DNA of 64,000 bases from an uncultured Planctomycetia bacterium. GTDB taxonomy: Bacteria > Omnitrophota > Gorgyraeia > 2-02-FULL-51-18 > JAGOUK01. Below the pieces are notes generated by a model. The model saw only the letters and a list, made by a program, of their open reading frames with translations, had not been told where the DNA came from and did no database searches. Made by a program: the position numbers and the translations under genes. Positions 46,301-55,300 of the stretch are shown piece after piece. The stretch covers positions 110,390 through 174,389 of the forward strand of contig CAYSFB010000005.1 in the NCBI GenBank assembly GCA_964430735.1. Direction: 5' to 3'. Each line of letters begins with the position of its first letter. Positions within the stretch are counted from its first letter, which is position 1.

Positions 46301-49300
46301 GAGGCCAAGTATCTGGCGCTCGCGATGCGTTCATTTTCCCGTCCGATGAGCGATGGAAAAAAAGGAAGACTGTCCCGCCATGAACTTTTGCGCCGGGTGA
46401 TGAGCAAGGGACTCCTTCACCGGCATACCGACAGCCGCCCCGTTTCTATTTTTGAGCCCGCCCCGCCGGTCCACACCGAGATCCGCGTGTTCCGTCTCTC
46501 GAATCTGGCGCCCGACAGCGGGGAGCTCGATCCGGTTTACCGGGAAGTTCTTTTCGGGGCCCGCCGCCTGGCCGCCGCCGCTTCCAGCCATCTCAAGAAG
46601 GAATCCGGCCGGCCCGTCACGGACATCGAGGACCGGCTGGCCCGCCGCTGGGAAGATTACCGGAACGAAATCACCGGACTGTATGCGGATGAGCGTTATG
46701 GTTCCGCGGCGCTCCTTCAAGCCGACTGGTACGAGGCCACCGGCGACATCGATGACCCGCGTCTGGTCCAGGAGCTCGGCATGATCCGGGCAACCGACGC
46801 TGCCGGTGAATTCCTGGCCGCACACGACGGCCTCCGCGACGAGCTGAAGGGCCGGTTATTCGAAGTTTTTGTCCGTCATGCCGGCCTCATTGACGCCGAT
46901 CTGTCCGGCGCGCGGCTGGCCGGGGTTGAACAGACTGTGAAGCATGTGGACGAGATCTTTTTCAGGAGCCTGTCGGACGAGGACTTGCCGGCCGCTTCGG
47001 AGAACGTGAAAAAGTTTTTTGTCGATCGGTTCAAAGACCTCCTGGAATCCTTGGAAACGCTCAAGAATCCCTTGCAGGCGTTCAAGGACCTTGCGCGCGC
47101 CGCGCGGCGAGAAGGCGGGATCTTCATGCTCTATGCCATCGGGATCGAGCTCATCGAGGACGTCGTGATTCCCGGTATCCTGGTGTATGCGGGGCAGCCG
47201 CAATGGGTTCCATTCTTTTTGGCGTTTCACAGCGAGCCGTTCATGTACCCGCTGTATTTTTATTTGCGGCGCAGGCTGAAGTCGACGCTCAAGCCCGATG
47301 AGTTCAACCGGTACTTTGAAAACGTTCGCGGCGACATGCTCAAAGCGACAACCCTGGAAGAAAAATGGAAAACCGGCCAGGAAGCCGCCCGCCGCGTGCG
47401 GCTCGGGGACGTGGTTCAGTATTTTGTCCAGGTTCTGGAGCGCGACACGCGTGAGGAGCTTGCGTCGGAATCGGATCTTGTCACGGAGCGAGAAGTCGCG
47501 ATCAAGGCTTTGGGGCGTCTTTTGGCACCGCCGGAAGCGCAAAAAACGGTGACGGCCGAAGTCTATCAGAAGGCCCTCGTTCAGCTGATGCTGCACGCGG
47601 ACTCCTCCAACCCCTGGCTGCGGAAAACGGCGCTCGGGGCGCTGGCCAAGATCAAGGACCCGCGCGGGTTGGCGCCGGTGCTCGCGGCGCTCGGCGATCC
47701 GAACCCGATCGTCAAATCCACCGCCGCCAGGGCGATCGGGCAATTCCGCTCCTCCGTTCCCGGTTCGGCCGTGAGCAGTTTGATCCAGACGGCGCTCGAC
47801 TCCCGAGAAAATATTTATGTCCGCGTGTACGCGATCCTCTCACTCGGCCGCATCGGCGAAAGCCTCGGGTCCGCCGCTCCGTCCAAACTGACGCCCGCGT
47901 TGATCCGGATCGCCGGTTTTGAGGATCCGGCCCTGCAAAGCGCTTCCATCGAATCGTTGGCGCGGTTGAGGAGCGGGGACCCGGCCGTGTGGGAATTTTT
48001 AAAAAACAAGGCGCTTCGAAACACCAAGAACTTTAATGCCGGCGAACTCGCGTTGTGGGGCCTCACGCGGACTGTCGCGGCCGGGTTGAGGACGGGGAAT
48101 GCGGATCCCCGCGAGCGGGAGCTCATGGCGCTTTTGAACCTGGCGCAAAAAGGGCCGGACGAAAAGCGCGCCCTGTTCGCGAATCAGGCGCTGACTCAAA
48201 TCTTCGGAATCCCGAATAAGACCGCCAAGCCGGCCGTAAAAAAACCCGCTCGTCGTCCGGCCAAAACCGGGCAAGTCCAGTTGGTGGCGGTCGAATCGCA
48301 GCCGTCGGTCAGGTCGACCCAGCGGAATCTGCAAACGGATCTGAATCGCCGAAAAGTTTCTCATTACGTGATGCGGGCGGATGATTTTTATTATCGGAGA
48401 AGCGACGCGCCGATTCTTGAATCCGGTCAGGTCGATTCCCGGAACCGGTTGAACGGAGCGCTCTTACTCAGGATCGTCCGCCGCAATCAGGAAGGCCGGC
48501 CCTTCCGCTATCCTTTTTACGATCCCTTCCGCGGCAAGGCCTACCTGCACCTGACCCGCTCCCCCAAAAACAGATTGATCCTGGTCGGCACCCGCGAAGA
48601 AATCGCCGCGATCGGCGAGTACCTAACAAAGGAACACGTCGATTTTACGACCCGTTCCAACCCGGGTCCCGAATCTCCCGAGCCCGCCGGCGCGCGGATG
48701 GCGGAAGTTCAGCCGGAAAAAAATCCAAACGCATCTTTCCAAAGAATGGTGACTGTGATCAGGGATGGCGGCATTCACCTTCATCCCTCCCTGGAGATTG
48801 CGTCGATTGCACGAGCTTATCAAGGCACCGAAATACGCCTGCATGACGGCAGGCAATCGGTGAATGCAAAAGAAATGTCCGAAATAGGTTTGTTGGCAGC
48901 CGGTCAAGGAGCGATGCTTACCGTGTCCGCTGTGGGCCCTCGCGCCGAAGAAGCCGTCGATGAAATTGCCGGGCTATCTTATTTTGCGCCAACAAAAGCC
49001 GCGCGGCTGGCGGAGGATGGGCGGACATCGCCGGATGCTTATTCCAACGATCTTCTCAAATGGTCTGCTTCGCTTGTCGAAGCCATGCCGCGCGGGTGGT
49101 TCGCCGGCATCTGGCGGCGGGATCCGTTGGAAAAGGCGGCGCAGGAAATGGCTGAGACAATCCTTTTTAAGATCGCAGCGGAAGAGCGCTCCGGTTATCT
49201 GGACGCGTTAAGGCGTTTTGCGCAGACCGCCCGCATCGGACCCGAAACGCTGATCGTGGACATGCGGCAGGAAGTGTTGCTGCGTGCCTGGAACCGTATT

Positions 49301-52300
49301 TTGAGCATGGACGCGGCGTTCACCAGAAGGGAATTTTTGGCAACTTTAGCCGCGGCGTCGGTTCAGACGGCCGTTTCGAGGTATGTTCCGATCCGTGAGG
49401 TTTTGTCCGGCCTTTCAGCCTCCTCAATAAAGGGCGCGAGCGTGGACGTTGCGTTGAGGTTCTTGTGGCAGCCGTCGTTTTTTTCGGTGGCATTTGAGAG
49501 GTACGAGGAAAACAGGGCGGCTCAGAAGCGTATGTTCGGAGCATCGAGCGTAGTAGGCTCGGATCTCCACGTGGAGTTCGTCTCTCCCATTCGTGCCATC
49601 CACGAACGGGTTCATGGTTCCGGAGACTTCAGGCCCATCAAGCCTGGGGATGCTTACGACGACACGCTCATCGGCGAACCCTATCTCGCGTCGCCCTTCG
49701 AAGAATATCCTCTGTGGGCCCGGAAAGAGATGGTCCTCGTCGCCAGACGATTCGCGGATAACTTCAATGCAACGGAAAGTTTCATGCGTTCGCTCGACGA
49801 AGATGTGCAGGCGCGGTTAGCAGATCTGGATCCATTGTCCCCGGAAGCGTCTCGCTTGCGGGCTTTGGTCTTGGAGCAGATGGATGCTCCGATCAACGTG
49901 CGAAAAGCCATGATCCGGGAGATCGGTGAGGAGCGCCGGGCCATCCAAAGCCGGCTGCAGCTCGCCGAGAACCCGGCGGATGCCGCGATGTCTTATGCGG
50001 AATCATCGAACAACGAATTCGCCTACGATCTTTTTCCCGAGCCGGACAAGGGCCCAAGCCCGCTTCAAATGGCTTACGACCTGTCCGGCCTTGAACTTCG
50101 CCTGATGCAGCAGATTGTTCAGTTCAGCGGGTCTGCGTTCGGACCGTCCGGCGCGCGGATGGCTTCGGACGCTCAGGCAGACCAGCCGGGACAGCCGGAC
50201 TCGGACGCGGACATTATCCGGAAATACGGCTGGAAAACCATCACGGACGACCCTCTAGCGACGGAACTTCTGCCGCGCGCACAGGCGCAAGCTGCCGTGG
50301 AAGAGATCCGGTCCTACTTCGAGGCCGAAGCGCCCGACTACGACCGCAAGAACTTTGACCGGCTGGATCTGGACGCGGCGCTGCAGTCGTCCGTACTTTT
50401 GAACGGCAACCGCCGGCTTCAGATCGTCCTTGTTCCCTATCAGGAAGACCCGGATGCCAAGCCGTGGAACCGGGTGAAGGACGGCATGTCGTTGTTCCGG
50501 ATCGACGGGGATCTCGTGGCGCACGGGTTCTACACGCACCGCATTGCCAAGAACGAGACTTTTCCCGCGTTCGGGATGCATCCTTCGGCGGCGCGCTTCC
50601 ACGCGTCCGAACAGATCTACAAGGCCTATCTCAAGACCCTGTACGGGATGTTCCGTCCGGACTTCTTCGGCGTTCAGGCCTCGCAGATCTGGAACCGCCA
50701 GCCGGGCACCAACCCCGACCGCACCATTTTCTATATCAAACGCGGCTTTTTGCTCCCGAACTCGGACGATCCGGGTCTGCAGGCCTTTGCGGACGGGATC
50801 TACGTGCGGTTGAAGGAAGACGACTGGCTCTCCCGCGAGGAAAAACTGGAGGTGTACGACCGGCTCCTCAACGGCCTGGAAGCCGAAGAGGGGAACGCGA
50901 TCTGGTATTCGACGCCCCTGGCGCCGGAGTCCGCCGGCGCGCGGCTGGCGGGTCGGGAGCGGATGCACGAACTGAAGCGGCGGGCGGACTTTAACAATCT
51001 GCGTGTCGGTGACCGCATTGAACTGCCCAAGGCGACCGCGTCGGTTCTCTGGGTAAAAAAAATCGGCAAGGGACATGCCGTGCTCGGGATCCAAAACGGA
51101 TCGGCGGAACGCGAAATCCAGATTGACCAACCCTTCAAATCCGGTTCCTCGATCACGTTCAAGCATGTCTCCGCGGGTGTTTTTGTCGGAGCGGTCGAGG
51201 TCGACGCAGATCGGTCTCAACCCCGTCTCGATCTGCGCGTGCTCACGCCCAAGGTCTTGCCGGATGATCCTATGAAGCAAGTCCCCACCAATGACGGTTC
51301 CGGCGCGCGGCTGGCCGAAGGCAGGCGGAAGCGCAGCGAATCTTCGGCGGCCAGGACTCGCCGTGAGAGGATGATCGCCCGGATGAACGAGACGCCTCCG
51401 GACGGTCATCATTGGAAAATCTCGGAGTTGGCGCAGTCGTTAGGGGTCAGTATCCACACCCTGCATAACGATCTGAGGGCTCGGAACCTCCGTTATTCCG
51501 ATAGAATCCAGAAACACTCTCTCAAAAGGCCCTCCAAGAAAGAGATTGTTTTGAGGCGGGAGCGCGTCGCCGCCAAGTTTTTTCAAGCCACTCTGGATAA
51601 CCCTTGGACGGTTCAGTCGCTTGCCACAGAGCTGGGGCTCGCTAAAAAAACCGTTTATGACGACTTGGATTCCATGGATCTTCTGGGGTCTGATCTCTTG
51701 CAGTTGGAAGACCGCGCGCCGGTCGTCGAGGCTCGTGCGCGCCGACTGCGCTTGACCGTTCTGCTGAATCAAAATCCTCCTCATGGCGACCGCTGGACAG
51801 TGGCTCAATTATCCAAAGCTTTGAACGTCAAACAGGGGATTGTTTACTACGATCTTCAGTATCTGGGGCTTCTGGATTCCGACATGATTGAACTGAGAAA
51901 AAAGCCATCCCAGGAATATCTGAATGCCCGCCGGCAGCGGCTTCGCAATTTGCTTCAGTTGAACCCTCCGGATCGCGATCGCTGGACTACCAATGAATTG
52001 GCGCGAGTGCTGAACATGCCCCGGTTCATTGTGTACAGCGATTTGGCGGCCATGAACCTGCTCGATTCTGACAGGCTGGATATCGAAAGATATCAAAATC
52101 CATTTTCTCGGGAAGAGATCGAGCAACGGCGTCTGCAGATCGCGGTCACCCTTTTGTCCGTGGCGCCTTCCGGGAGGAAGCGCTGGACCGTGGGAATGCT
52201 GGCGGAGTATCTGAATCTGTCGTATGACCTGATATACCACGGCCTGATGGAGGCCGGTCTTTTAAAGTCCAAAAAATTGAGTCTTCGAAAAATCAGACGG

Positions 52301-55300
52301 CCCCATGCCCCAGTCGAAAAATCTCTGAGGAGTCTGGCTGCGTTTGAGATGAGCGCGGATCCGGTGGAATCGCTTCCTGATGATCAGGCCCAGTTGATCG
52401 ATCTGGCGCGCAGCAGGCTGGATGACGCTGAGTACGAGATTTTTCTGCGCGATTATTTTTCGCAAGACGACGAGAGCATCGAACAGGCCGCTGCGGCCAG
52501 CCATCTGACGACCGAGGAACTCGTTCTTAAACGGAGCGAGATTCTTTTTAAGCTGTCGCGCGACGGCGCGCGGCTGGCGAGCGAACGCCAACTGACACTG
52601 GATCGTCTTCGGAACGTTGGCCGACGTTTAGAGCGTCTCGCGGAAGCCCTCGGATTTGGGAAAGACCACCCCGAGATCCAGCGCTTTGAAGACGAAATGG
52701 ATCGCTTGAGGCAGGCGGGTGACAAGGACGCTTACCGAAGGCGAGCCCGGGAGCTGTACGACGAAATCAGTTCGCGGCACACCCCGACATTCCGGACAGC
52801 TCAGAACTTCGTTTTTTACTCCAAGTTCATCCGCGGGCTTGAGATGCGGCTTCTGTTGCGGGAAACCGGCAATCCCGGATCGAGTTCCAAGTTTGAATGG
52901 CCGGAGGATGAAAAAACCCGAGCCCGCCATACCCTCCTGGCCGCGAAGCAGTTTGTCGGCAGGATAGCTTTTGCCATCAACTGGTGGGAGGACCAGCTGC
53001 GGAATTTGGACGCTTCGGGTCCACTGGAACCAATGCCGCAGAATATCGATTGGGATGCTGTCGAATTTATGGCCGTTCTCACGGCTCTCCAGTCAGCGGA
53101 TATAAAGCTCGCGGGCTTTTCAAAATCCATGGACCGGATCGATCGCACTCTCACGAATGTGTTGGAAGGGATTTATCAGGACGGGCCGGACATTGGCGGT
53201 GCCGGCGCGCGTCTGGCGCAGTCCAAGTTTGCGGTTGTAAAGGAGCGCCCCGAAGCCGCGGCGCTCAAGATGGCCGGGGCGCTGCGTGCAGCGATGGCGG
53301 CCAATACGGATTCGATAGAGTTCTTCTCATTGCGGGGCTGGATGGTTTTTCATCCGGATGGAACGGCTTCGGCGGTTTTTCAGCCAGTTCGCGACTCATC
53401 GGGTTATACGCCCGCCCACGAGCGTTTAAAGGAGGCCTTTGTCGAAGATTATGCGGATCAGGCGATATTGGAAGGTGCCTGGGTCAAGCTGGCGGTCATT
53501 TTTAGAGACGGCAAGTCGGCCGGAGTTTCGCTCATGGACTTCGATAAGGATAAAAAAGAAAGTTTTGTTCAGGCCAGCTTCCTGATGGAAGACCTGCTTC
53601 GGGCCGCGTTCGGCGATCAGGAGGCCCGTGAGGTGTACAGCTATGTGCCGATGGCAGAGTTTTTGGACGAGGAATATGAAAAAGTTCTGCGGCCGTTGGC
53701 GGACCAAAACGGCACATCGCGGTCAGCGCTTTCCATCATCAACCAAACGTTGAGGAAAGCCGCAAAAAACGTTCAATCTGAACCCGTTCCGGAATCGTCA
53801 AAAGGGGACAGGTCGGGTGCGCGGATGGCCAGCAAAGGTGTGGTGGACTTGAGTCAGGAATTCCGCCGGCTTAATACCAAGCTGGTGTCGGTCTTGAAGG
53901 CCGCCGAACCGGACTCGATCAAGCTCACCACCACGATGATGCATGCTTTTTTTGCAAGCGACACGATTCCTGTCCCGGGCGAGTATTCCGATAATCCGGC
54001 CGAGGATTATTCAGGCCGGCTTGCGATGAGCATCGTGTGGTTCAGAAAAGCTGCCGTGAGGAGGGGCAATCACAGTAAACGGATATTTCAGCCGGAAAAA
54101 GCGATCGGGGCTTTGAGTCAGATTCTCGAGGTTCTGTCCGAGACAAATATTCCGGATCGGATTCCGCGCAAGACCATTCTTACTGCGCGGACGGCGGTCA
54201 GCGATTTCATGGCCTTGATCGAACCCTCCCTGAACGAGCCGCAAAGGAGGGCGTCCGTTTCCGGTTTCGAAGGGCGAATCGGCGTGGAGGCGCAGCTCCA
54301 GTATTGGTATGACCAGCCCGGCGATTTTGTGGGCGATGAGATTGATATCACGGGCTATCTCGGATCCAAAAGCCGCAAAGAAGCCAAGATCCATTGGAAC
54401 TTTTTGCTTCCGAACGGCCAACCGTTGAAGCGGAGGGTCGCCATGGGAATCGGAGGCGGGGCCGGGATTTTGAAGTACACCGTCCAGCCGATGAGAGAGG
54501 TCGGAGCGCTTAATCTGGTATTCCGTGGTTATCGGGGGTCGGAGTCGCGCCAAGAGGCAAGGTCGGGACTGTTCCGCTGGGATGCGGCTGCTCAGACAAT
54601 CCGGCACACGCGCGAACTCATGGACGAATGGCTTGCCGGTCAGTACAAACGGACGGGTGATTTTAAAAGCGAAGAGAAGCCCATCAACCGGTATATCGGC
54701 CAATCCTCCGTCGACATGGCGACGGTGAGCAAGGGCTTTTTGCTTCCCAACGGGCGGACGTGGGGGCATCAAGACCCTATGCGGTTGGGGCTTCGCGGGC
54801 TACCGCTCTATACCGTGCAGGTCCAAGGCGTTGCCGGACAACTGCAGATCGTCTTTCGCGGTTATCGTGATCCGCATGGAAGGCGGCCCGTCGCAACCGC
54901 GGTCTGGGATTGGGTTTCGGAAAAGGGGAAATTTGTGGAGACGCACGACCGTTGGCTTTCCAGACAGTACGCGAGGAGCGGGGTGTTTTCAACCGAGGAC
55001 TTTGTGATCAATGATTATCTGGGCTTGTCCGGTGTTCGATCGGGCGTGCTGAATAAGGCTTTTCTCCTGCCGAACGGCAAAACGCTGGGCTATCACCCGA
55101 ACCTGCGGTTGAACCGTAAATCGGAACGGTTCGACCGATTCACGGTGCGCGTGCAGAGAAGCTTCGATTCGGGTCCTTTGGAGCTGGTTTTTAAGGGCTG
55201 GAAGCTGGATGCGATCGGATGGAATTCGACCGCGCAGTCAGAATGGGTTTGGAATCCCGAGACCGAAAAACTTGTTTTCCGGTCCAGGTCGGAAGGTGCC

